DNA of 64,000 nt, taken from positions 128,001 through 192,000 of the forward strand of contig OY970208.1 of NCBI GenBank assembly GCA_963713865.1, read 5' to 3'. Under the pieces are notes generated by a model. The model made no database searches. It was not told the DNA's origin and saw nothing but the letters and a program-made list of their open reading frames with translations. Positions 30,437 to 38,848 of this stretch are shown here, one piece after another. The position numbers and the translations under genes were made by a program. This DNA comes from an uncultured candidate division Zixibacteria bacterium. Lineage in GTDB: Bacteria; Zixibacteria; MSB-5A5; RBG-16-43-9. The first letter of the stretch is position 1. Each line of letters starts with the position of its first letter.

Positions 30437-31396
30437 TTACTTCCCAAAAGTCAACTGTTTTTTATTACTTCCATCTGCATTCATTATAAATATCCTTCCA
30501 TAGTCTGGATGGACGTATGTGTAAGCTATGTATCTCCCATCCGGTGACCAAACTGGCTCATCCCCGCCTTCAGGGGTTAACATTTTTAAATTCTTACCAT
30601 CTGAATCCATTACATATATCACAGGTGCTGAATAATACATAGAACTAAAAGCTATCTTCTTCCCGTTCGGGGAGAAAACAGGATATCTATTGTCATGGTC
30701 TTTTAAAAAAGTCAACTGTTTTTGATTGTTTCCATTGGTATCTGAAACAAATATCTGGGGGCCGGTCCCTGGATACACAATGTAAATAAGTTGAGAACCA
30801 TCCGGAGACCAATCAGGGAACCGACCTGTGAAGGTATTGGGGACCATTTTCTTATCCAATCCATCCGTATTTATTATATATATGCCCCTTATTTCAGGAG
30901 GTTCTGTAACATCAAGGGCTATCTTCTTACCATCCGCTGACCAGTCAGGGAAGAAATTTCTGCCCTCAAAGGTTAATTGAGTTAAGCTGTCCCCATTTAG
31001 TTTTATCTTAAAAATTTGAGCATAATCTGAGAAAGCTAACCAGTTGCCATCCGGGGAAAAGTCAGGCGCATAAGTTCCAGCACCTCCATAGAAGAATCTC
31101 TTGTCAGTCCCATCTACGTTTATCAGAAATATCCCTGCTGGATCGTCTGGGTAGTCTAAACCTCCATGGGTGTAAGCAATAGTCTTTCCATCTGGTGACC
31201 AGGCAGGCTGCATATCAGTATATCTAGGCCAGTAATGTGGTAAGCCATCATCTGGGTTAGTGGGCTTATTCTTAGAGCAGCAAAGTGAAATTAAAAAGAG
31301 CAGGAATAATAAAAATAGCAGTGGATGTTTAAGTATTCTTTTAGTTTGAGTAAATGGAGGGTCCGAAAAGGAAAAACTCGATGATTGCATAGTCAT
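30437..31396 (-). CDS. TolB-like PD40 beta-propeller lipoprotein
   Basis: Repeated P.WSPDG..IA motifs; hydrophobic signal ending in SLCCSK. Confidence 0.85.
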   Translation of the reverse strand: MTMQSSSFSFSDPPFTQTKRILKHPLLFLLFLLFLISLCCSKNKPTNPDDGLPHYWPRYTDMQPAWSPDGKTIAYTHGGLDYPDDPAGIFLINVDGTDKRFFYGGAGTYAPDFSPDGNWLAFSDYAQIFKIKLNGDSLTQLTFEGRNFFPDWSADGKKIALDVTEPPEIRGIYIINTDGLDKKMVPNTFTGRFPDWSPDGSQLIYIVYPGTGPQIFVSDTNGNNQKQLTFLKDHDNRYPVFSPNGKKIAFSSMYYSAPVIYVMDSDGKNLKMLTPEGGDEPVWSPDGRYIAYTYVHPDYGRIFIMNADGSNKKQLTFGK

Positions 31397-31492
31397 TCCC
31401 TCTTTCTTCAGTTTTAAAAGGATTAGCTGACTTCCTTATCAAAATAAATCCCCCCACGTAAAAAAGTCAAGAACTTTTTTCAATAATTTTTT

Positions 31493-31533
31493 TCAATAAA
31501 AAAAGAGAGCTCCTGTAGGGGAAGCTCTCTTTG
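31493..31533 (-). terminator. Intrinsic terminator, copy 2 of the 41-bp direct repeat
   Basis: TCAATAAAAAAAGAGAGCTCCTGTAGGGGAAGCTCTCTTTG, directly after the Lys-rich micro-ORF. Confidence 0.8.
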
Positions 31534-31555
31534 GGCGCAAAAAACCTAAAGGCTT

Positions 31556-31609
31556 TTATTTCTTTTTTCCTTTTTTAGCCTTCTTGGCTGGCTTTTTCTT
31601 CATCGGCAT
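31556..31609 (-). CDS. 17-aa Lys-rich micropeptide MPMKKKPAKKAKKGKKK (not in ORF track)
   Basis: Very strong SD AAAGGAGGTGA 8 nt before ATG; TAA stop followed by a terminator. Confidence 0.7.
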   Translation of the reverse strand: MPMKKKPAKKAKKGKKK

Positions 31610-31695
31610 CCTGGGTTTCACCTCCTTTCCTACAGATCCATTTTCAGGACCAGGTATAGGGTGAAAAAGTTGGCTTGGTTTTGTATTCGTGCCAA

Positions 31696-32088
31696 CTACT
31701 TATTTATATTTTTTACCTCCAGACTCTCCTTACCGAAATTTATCAACATTCCCAAAGGTAGTTTGGTAGCTTTTAGAAAGCTTTTCATCTTGGTTACCTC
31801 TGATTCATTCATCGGCTCTCCGGCTTTGATCATTACTATGATGCTGTTCTTCACCACAAATTCTAAATCATATTCTCCAGCTACACTTCCCTTATAAGAG
31901 AGTTTTATATTTTTCTTCCTTTCATATTCTATCTTTCTTAAATCGAACTCATAAGCTAAAGCCTGGCTATAAGCTGATTCCTGAAACCCCAAACCCATAT
32001 TTTTATGCACCTCTAAGGCGGCTTCTAATATCTGTTCTTGCAGTTCTTTTAAAGACATCTCCTTCTCTTTTACTGTTAAGCTGTTCAT
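31696..32088 (-). CDS. GxxExxY-family (PD-(D/E)xK-fold) protein with degenerate catalytic motif
   Basis: AALEVHKNMGLGFQESAY and LKAT...GMLINFG. The usual D...ELK and QxxxY read E...MIK and KMKSF. Confidence 0.85.
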   Translation of the reverse strand: MNSLTVKEKEMSLKELQEQILEAALEVHKNMGLGFQESAYSQALAYEFDLRKIEYERKKNIKLSYKGSVAGEYDLEFVVKNSIIVMIKAGEPMNESEVTKMKSFLKATKLPLGMLINFGKESLEVKNINK

Positions 32089-32117
32089 TCACTATAATAC
32101 TTTACAATTTAAAGAGT

Positions 32118-32133
32118 TGCAATTATTGTGCCA
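32118..32133 (-). promoter_or_regulatory. Consensus sigma54 -24/-12 promoter
   Basis: Minus strand TGGCAC-AATAA-TTGCA, a perfect match. Confidence 0.9.
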
Positions 32134-32161
32134 GTATTTCATTTGGAGCTAACTTACTGTA

Positions 32162-32295
32162 AATCAATCAGTTATAAATTTCCATATATCGTCAATCCTT
32201 TCCTGTCTGCAACAATATTGTTGCAACTGTCTAATGTATTGACTATAAAAAGGCTATAGTTGTGCAGTTTTAAACTCTGCAACAAAATAGTTACA
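32162..32295. promoter_or_regulatory. IHF site and two palindromic enhancer (UAS) sites
   Basis: AATCAAtcagTTA (32162-32174); TGCAACAATATTGTTGCA (32208-32225, perfect palindrome); TGCAACAAAATAGTTACA (32278-32295). Confidence 0.75.
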
Positions 32296-32547
32296 AAAAA
32301 AATGTAATGTTGCAGAAAAATTAAAAATCTATTCTAAGGGAAATCTGGAGTATAAACCTTTAGGTTTATTAGCGTAGAGCTTAAAGAAATGGAGTGTTTC
32401 GCTATTGATAGAACTAAAAATGAATTCTCTATATTTCATACATCGAAGATAAAATAGTAAAGCTAAAGTCTTCACCAGGATCCTGCAGACAAGACCTTGA
32501 TGGCTTTACACTCCCATATGTCTTTATAGAAAGTTTTTATAAAAAGA

Positions 32548-34341
32548 TCATTTATACTTTTTTAAAAGTCTTTGCAGTTCTACCCTGTGCATCCCGGCTT
32601 CTTTGGCGGCTTGTGAGACATTATTCTGATTTCTCTGGAGTAAATCCTCTAAAAAATTTTTTTCTACTTCCTCTGCTACTTTCTTTCTCAAAGATTTCAG
32701 CTCCGGATAATTCTGGGCAATTTTGATCCCGGCATCCATTCCTGAACCATCGAAGATGTTTTTTGGCAAATCATCTTTGGTTATCCATTCGCCCTTGGCT
32801 AAGATCACTGCTCGTTCGATGATATTTTCCAGCTCACGAATATTACCCGGAAATCTATATCTTGATAGAATGTTTAGAGTCTCAGGTTCTATCCCTTTGA
32901 TCTCTTTGTCAGATTTTTTAGTGAATTTCTGAGCGAAGCTCTCGGCTAAAGGAGCGATATCTAATTTCCTCTCTCTCAAGGCAGGAAGCTTGAGGTTAAT
33001 AACATTAATCCGATAATAAAGATCCTCTCTGAACCTATTTTCTTTGACCAGAGTAAATAAGTCTTTATTGGTAGCTGAAATAATCCTCACATCTGACCTT
33101 TTGACTTTATTGGAACCTAAAGGCTCGAACTCGTGCGACTGGAGGAAGCGTAAAATCTTCACCTGGAGAAGCGGGCTCATCTCTCCGATTTCATCTAAGA
33201 AAATAGTACCTCCATTAGCCGCCTCGAATTTCCCTAACTTTCTCTGGGTAGCACCGGTAAATGCCCCTTTCTCATATCCAAACAACTCCGACTCTAAAAG
33301 GGTTTCCGGAATTGCGGCACAGTTAATCGGCACAAAACTTTTTCGTGAACGGCTGGAGTTGAAATGAATGGCTCGCGCTAAAAGTTCTTTGCCGGTTCCG
33401 CTTTCCCCTTCGATTAACACCGTAGCCTCAGTATCTGCAATGTCTGCTACAGTTTTCAGGACCTCAACCATCTGAGGACTGTTTCCCAGGATCTCATCGA
33501 ACTTGAACTTTCCCCTTAAATCTGCTAATAATTTTTCCTCTGATTCCTTCAGCTCCATAAAAAGAAGATTATTCTCCAAAGCCACTGAGGTCCTCTCCGC
33601 TAAAGAACTCAGAAGCTCGATATCCCCGGAAATAAAAGGCTCCCCCTCCCCGCTATCTTCCAAGTAGATCATCCCCAAGACATTTTCCCTGGATTTAAGC
33701 GGAACGCAAAGAAGAGATTTTGTTCCCTTTGCCCAATCCTCTTTCTCCTCGATTTCTTTATAGATGAACTGCTGGATCAAAACGTTGTTGCCGGTGGAAA
33801 GAACCAGGTCTGTCAAATCAGATTTAATCTTTTCCTCGCTTTCCTCCAGCGCCTTTTTCTGTTTATCTTTAGCCAGCTTTAATTTTAAATTCTTATTCTC
33901 GTCATAAACCTCTAAGAATCCTTTATCAGCTGAGAAGATGTCTATGACCGAATCCAAAACTGCTTCTAAGAGGAGATTAACGTCTCTCTCGGCATAGATT
34001 ACGTTGGAAAGCTCATACAGAATCTGATAAATTCTTCTCTCTTCCTCCTTCCCCTCAGATTCTTTTTTAAATTTCTGATATTCCTGGTTGGTTTTATTCA
34101 GCCCCTCCTCTAAAGAATCCTCTAAAGCCAAAATCCTCTTATCCAGATCATCCAAACCCTGGATAATCTTTTCGAAGGAAGTGGAAAGCTTCGCCGGAGA
34201 GAGGTTTGATAATTCGGACAGGTCATTATGAACTGTATTTAAGCTTCGATAAAGAGCTTTAATCCCTTTGCCGCTTAAATTAGCCAAGGCTTTGAAATTT
34301 TCTTCAAAACTATCTGACCTGGATTCTTCTTTTCTCCTCAC
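32548..34341 (-). CDS. Sigma54-dependent enhancer-binding protein (coiled coil + GAF + AAA+ + HTH)
   Basis: [66 protein letters not shown]. Start probably GTG 34341. Confidence 0.93.
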   Translation of the reverse strand: MRRKEESRSDSFEENFKALANLSGKGIKALYRSLNTVHNDLSELSNLSPAKLSTSFEKIIQGLDDLDKRILALEDSLEEGLNKTNQEYQKFKKESEGKEEERRIYQILYELSNVIYAERDVNLLLEAVLDSVIDIFSADKGFLEVYDENKNLKLKLAKDKQKKALEESEEKIKSDLTDLVLSTGNNVLIQQFIYKEIEEKEDWAKGTKSLLCVPLKSRENVLGMIYLEDSGEGEPFISGDIELLSSLAERTSVALENNLLFMELKESEEKLLADLRGKFKFDEILGNSPQMVEVLKTVADIADTEATVLIEGESGTGKELLARAIHFNSSRSRKSFVPINCAAIPETLLESELFGYEKGAFTGATQRKLGKFEAANGGTIFLDEIGEMSPLLQVKILRFLQSHEFEPLGSNKVKRSDVRIISATNKDLFTLVKENRFREDLYYRINVINLKLPALRERKLDIAPLAESFAQKFTKKSDKEIKGIEPETLNILSRYRFPGNIRELENIIERAVILAKGEWITKDDLPKNIFDGSGMDAGIKIAQNYPELKSLRKKVAEEVEKNFLEDLLQRNQNNVSQAAKEAGMHRVELQRLLKKYK

Positions 34342-34655
34342 GTTTGCAATATTATCTTCAAGTATAATTATTGTCAACAGAAAAATGTCGTGGGATGATG
34401 GTTAACATGTAAATATCTCTCTTAAAGTAGCAGGTCATAGCGAGCGATCCGCCTTTGGTGGAGAGCGAAGCAATCCCTTTAACACATCTGAAACGGATTG
34501 ATTCACCCGCAGAACTCTCAATGACAGTTTCTATCCCATCTTGGTCAAAGTAGACTTGTGTTGAGGTAACATTTACCTGTTAGTTGATTTTTTCCTCTTT
34601 CCGATTAACGAATCCACGTATCAAATTTAGGCAGTTCAAAACGGGAATTAAGTCA

Positions 34656-35543
34656 ATGCAAAAGGTTTTAATCAACCAGCACAAAAGAGAAGACGTCTTT
34701 AGATGCGGGCATAAGTCCCATTTTAGATTTGAGAAGAACGTCTCGGTCTATCACGTTCTCAAGGAGAAAAAATGTTTTCCTCAGGGATGTATCTATTTTG
34801 AGTGGAAATGCAAATTATTGAATAAAGGAAACGGCTGTCCGAAAAGATTCAAGCATGTGGGCAAAAGCTGCTTTTCCTGTAAGCATTACTTCGAGGAGAA
34901 GCTCTGCTATCAGCCGGAGGTTTTGCTTCCGGAAAAGGAGTTCAAGACCTTCCAGCGGGAGTTAGAGGACTATGATGAATGGTTAGACGGGCTTTCCGGG
35001 AAAAAGGTAAACGTTGGTGGGATAATAAACTCGATCAAACCTCATTTCAGAAAAATAATTTTGTATAAAAAAGAACAGATGAGTTTCCTGGGATTTTTAA
35101 TCAGTTTCAAATCAGGATATATAGATCGGGTTTTCTTCCGGGATTATTTCTATCTGAACATTCCCGCAAAGACTCAGGAGAATTATAATTTCATTCGCGG
35201 AGATAAAATGGATTTCTGGGCAAAATTAAAAACGGATCGAGGCAGGACTGTTTTTTATAATCCCAGAGAAATTGAGATCATCCATGGAAGTTCTGAAGAG
35301 TCTTTTTCAGAAGCTCCAAAATGGGATTTCGGTGAAATCTTAGTAGCCAGAAAAACCGGAACCGAGTTCGAGGTTCAGCCGGAAAAATGTTTTGCTTGTG
35401 ATAAGGGGATTTTGCTGGACATAAGCGAGGAGGATTCAAAGCGGAAAAGAAACTATCGCCACCTTTTCTGCCTTGAAGGGATAAAAAATCCTGAGAACTG
35501 CATCTATGATTTGAGAAAGAAGTTGACCCTGAACCCGAGTTGA
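34656..35543 (+). CDS. Cys-rich hypothetical protein with a possible central OB-fold
   Basis: 12 Cys in N- and C-terminal clusters (CFPQGC, CFSC, CFAC) around a beta-rich core; ATG 34656 is in the ORF-track frame. Confidence 0.65.
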   Translation: MQKVLINQHKREDVFRCGHKSHFRFEKNVSVYHVLKEKKCFPQGCIYFEWKCKLLNKGNGCPKRFKHVGKSCFSCKHYFEEKLCYQPEVLLPEKEFKTFQRELEDYDEWLDGLSGKKVNVGGIINSIKPHFRKIILYKKEQMSFLGFLISFKSGYIDRVFFRDYFYLNIPAKTQENYNFIRGDKMDFWAKLKTDRGRTVFYNPREIEIIHGSSEESFSEAPKWDFGEILVARKTGTEFEVQPEKCFACDKGILLDISEEDSKRKRNYRHLFCLEGIKNPENCIYDLRKKLTLNPS

Positions 35544-35580
35544 CGGGAATTTGGGTTTAACGAGTTAAATCAGATTAATT

Positions 35581-35982
35581 TGTCATTGCGAGTTCCGATT
35601 TATCGGAACGAAGCAATCCGCTTACTCTGAAGGGATTGCTTCGTCGTCCCATGGACTCCTCGCAATGACAGCCAGGGCACATTATTCCCACTCCTACAGA
35701 TCCAAATTCAAACTTGCCCAAAGGTTAGACAATCATTCGTAGCGCGACCCTTTTGGGGTCGCTCAACATATGGACAGAACATCGTTCTTTCCGTTTAGAT
35801 ACACCTACTGGAGCGCATTAGCTTGTCGAATTTGATCTTGAGACTGATGCATCCTCATAAAAAAATGCAAGAGCAAGCTCTTGCACTCCAGGTCAGTGCC
35901 GACCCTTTCAGGAATGTGAAAATGTAGCGTCTGGGTTTATCCCAAACGTAATATTATCGTCGGGCATAAAGCCCGACGCTAC
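35581..35982. repeat. Cluster of REP/MITE-like elements
   Basis: TGTCATTGCGAG...CGCAATGACA (35581-35670), GTAGCGCGACCC..GGGTCGC, GCAAGAGCAAGCTCTTGCACTCC and GTAGCGTC...GACGCTAC. Confidence 0.75.
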
Positions 35983-36080
35983 TCATAATTCAGCATTTAA
36001 TTATTGACTTTTAGACCATATAAATTAAATTTCTTCTTGGAATCTTTCTGTTATGTTCAATAACCTCTTCAGGAGTTTTA

Positions 36081-36767
36081 ATGACTCTCAAGGTTTCAAA
36101 AATAACAATTATTTTATTTTCCATCCTGCTGATCTTTTTCAACCTAAGTATCTCTGAAATCGAAAAAGACCCAGATGCCTTTACCATCGCTCGTTTGAAA
36201 TACGGAGGGGGTGGAGACTGGTACTGGGGTTCTTCTGCCATCCCCAATATGCTCAAGTTTTTAAAAGATAATACCAATGTCCCGGTAAACGAAGAAGAAG
36301 TCAGGGTAAACATAATGGACAAGGAGCTTTTCAATTATCCTTTTTTATTTCTAACCGGGCACGGCAACATAAAATTCTCAGATGAAGAAGTAGAAAGGTT
36401 AAGGAATTATTTTATTCACGGAGGATTCTTATTCGCCAATGATTCCTATGGGCTGGACAAAGCCTTCAGAAGAGAGATAAAAAAAGTCTTCCCGGAAAAA
36501 GAATTAATTGAGTTACCGTTTAGTCACGGGATTTATCATTGTTATTACGATTTCCCCAGCGGTCTCCCCAAAATCCACAAACACGATAATAAGCCTCCAC
36601 AGGGATTCGGGATAATTTACGAAAACAGGTTAGTGGTCTTCTATGTCTATGAATCAGACATCGGAGACGGCTGGGAAGACCCCCAGGTCCACAACGACCC
36701 CCCGGAGAAAAGAGAACAGGCATTGAAAATGGGAGTGAATATTATTACCTGGGTGTTGGAGAATTGA
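36081..36767 (+). CDS. DUF4159-family protein
   Basis: ARLKYGGGGDWY, YPFLFLTGHG, GGFLFAND, DIGDGWED and ALKMGVNI motifs. Confidence 0.9.
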   Translation: MTLKVSKITIILFSILLIFFNLSISEIEKDPDAFTIARLKYGGGGDWYWGSSAIPNMLKFLKDNTNVPVNEEEVRVNIMDKELFNYPFLFLTGHGNIKFSDEEVERLRNYFIHGGFLFANDSYGLDKAFRREIKKVFPEKELIELPFSHGIYHCYYDFPSGLPKIHKHDNKPPQGFGIIYENRLVVFYVYESDIGDGWEDPQVHNDPPEKREQALKMGVNIITWVLEN

Positions 36768-36810
36768 AATAGTTTGATGAGATTGTACTAAATAAAGAGG
36801 AGTATTAGAA

Positions 36811-38673
36811 ATGGTTGAAGAACAAAAAGGAATATCCTCAGAAGTAGTTTTCTTTCTGGGTGCCGGAGCCTCAGTACATGCAGGTGTCCCGCACACATTT
36901 GCCTTCGTGGAACAATTCAAGAATTCTCCTTTGTTAGATGAAAATGATAAGAAGACGATAGAGTTTATCGAAACTAGACTTCTCCAATGGAAAAAAGAAA
37001 GAGAAGAATATCCAAGAATCGACATTGAATTATTAATGGAGACTTTGGACAAGTTTACCAGAAAAGATGATGAGGCTCTGTTGCAGTTCTATGAAATCAA
37101 AAAGTTCTTATTAGAAGATTACCAGTCAAAAATATCTACTCTCTTAGACAAGATAAAAACTTTTGTAAAACAAAAAACGATAGTGCCTGAGGAAAAAATA
37201 AAATATCTTGAGCCTTTTCTTGGTTTCATTGAAGAATATCATCCGTTGGACATTTTCTCGGTAAACTACGATATCTGTATTGAACAGTTTTGTAATCTGT
37301 ATAAAAAAAGTTATAGAGATGGATTTGAGGTAGAGTGGAATCCAAGTGTTTTTACAGCCTCAAATATCGATATTCGCCTTTATAAACTACACGGTTCTAT
37401 TACCTGGTATAAGACAAGTAGTGGTGGTTTTTTGAAATCAATTATCAAAAGTGACAACGAGGAAATAGAGACATTAATGGGCCAGAAAGCTCAGTCTTTG
37501 ATGCTTTACCCTATGCGTAAATGGGAATATGCTGAGCCGCTATTAGAAAACTTACTGACGTTGAAAAATAAGCTACAATCAGAAAGCTGCAAATATGTTA
37601 TTGTGGTCGGTTATTCTTTTAGAGACGAATATATTAGAGATATCTTTTGGGATGCAGCAAGAAGGAACAAAGAGTTAATTTTAATTCTTGTGGATCCAAA
37701 TGCCTTTCAGATTTATTCGGATAAACTTGAATACTATCCTGATAAGATCCCTTCCTCATTAAAAGGAAAAGTCATACCTCTTCCATTTAAATTTGAGTTG
37801 GCATTTCCGGACCTAAAAGCAGAATATCTAACTAATTTGAAAAAGGGGGTCAATTATTTAAAACAAGCTAAGACGAAGGAATTGCTTGGCGAGGTACTAC
37901 CAAATTGGGTTGATTGTCTTCAACCATTAGCAAATTGTCAATATTTAGACAAGTTAGATGAGTTAATTAATGACAAGATAGGTTTTGTAAAAGTATCGAA
38001 GGAGACCGATGGCATTATCCATAGATTGACCGATGTACAGCTATTCAATTACGGAATCAAAGACAATATTTTGTTGAATCAAGAAATACATTTTAGACGC
38101 GCTCTTGCTCTTTACATCAACGATAGAAAAGAAGAGGGCTATCAGGCCTTTCTGTATCTGGCTGCTAATGTTTACTTGATTCTTTATATGAAACTATCGG
38201 TCGAGGTTATGCGTAACCGAATTGATCTAAGACCGAATACAAGTACTAACGGGGGTTATCATCCTGCTAAAAACTTATATGAGTTGTACTCCAATTTCAT
38301 CATCTACGAATTTTCATCTGACTCTAACCTCTTTCCAAAAGGCGAAACAGCGGATAAGTTCTTCAGAATGAAAAAGTATCTCCCCTTATATGAAAAGATA
38401 AGTAACTTGATGGACTTCGTGACTCAAATAAGCTATTATCTATCAAATTGGAGAGATAATGCAGTAGATTTTGTTAAATATATTGAACTGCGGAAAGACA
38501 AGAATCCTGAAGAAGCTGAAAAGATAGCACGTCTTTATCCTCAAGTTGCAAATGTATTTGAGCAGCAAAATCCTGAACACACTGTAATAACTCAGATGAA
38601 AGATTCAGTGTTGAAGATTGAAAGAAAAATCATCAAGGATATTCTTGAAAAATTTGTACCTAAGTTCGACTGA
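36811..38673 (+). CDS. SIR2-like (SIR2_2) NADase-domain protein with unknown C-terminal region
   Basis: FFLGAGAS..AGVP, SVNYD, LYKLHGS and VVGYSFRDEYI motifs. Confidence 0.88.
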   Translation: MVEEQKGISSEVVFFLGAGASVHAGVPHTFAFVEQFKNSPLLDENDKKTIEFIETRLLQWKKEREEYPRIDIELLMETLDKFTRKDDEALLQFYEIKKFLLEDYQSKISTLLDKIKTFVKQKTIVPEEKIKYLEPFLGFIEEYHPLDIFSVNYDICIEQFCNLYKKSYRDGFEVEWNPSVFTASNIDIRLYKLHGSITWYKTSSGGFLKSIIKSDNEEIETLMGQKAQSLMLYPMRKWEYAEPLLENLLTLKNKLQSESCKYVIVVGYSFRDEYIRDIFWDAARRNKELILILVDPNAFQIYSDKLEYYPDKIPSSLKGKVIPLPFKFELAFPDLKAEYLTNLKKGVNYLKQAKTKELLGEVLPNWVDCLQPLANCQYLDKLDELINDKIGFVKVSKETDGIIHRLTDVQLFNYGIKDNILLNQEIHFRRALALYINDRKEEGYQAFLYLAANVYLILYMKLSVEVMRNRIDLRPNTSTNGGYHPAKNLYELYSNFIIYEFSSDSNLFPKGETADKFFRMKKYLPLYEKISNLMDFVTQISYYLSNWRDNAVDFVKYIELRKDKNPEEAEKIARLYPQVANVFEQQNPEHTVITQMKDSVLKIERKIIKDILEKFVPKFD

Positions 38674-38848
38674 CGATACATAGAACGGTGTATAAGAATT
38701 CCCGCTTTTGAGGTGTAGGCTGGACTTAATAATTTGAAAATTTAGGTTAGTTTGATTACGTATTAATAGTAGTTGGTATTTTTGCGTCAAGAGGAAAGTC
38801 ACCCTCTCCTTAATCCTCTCCCGTAAAGGGAGAGGGAATAAAAAAAAG

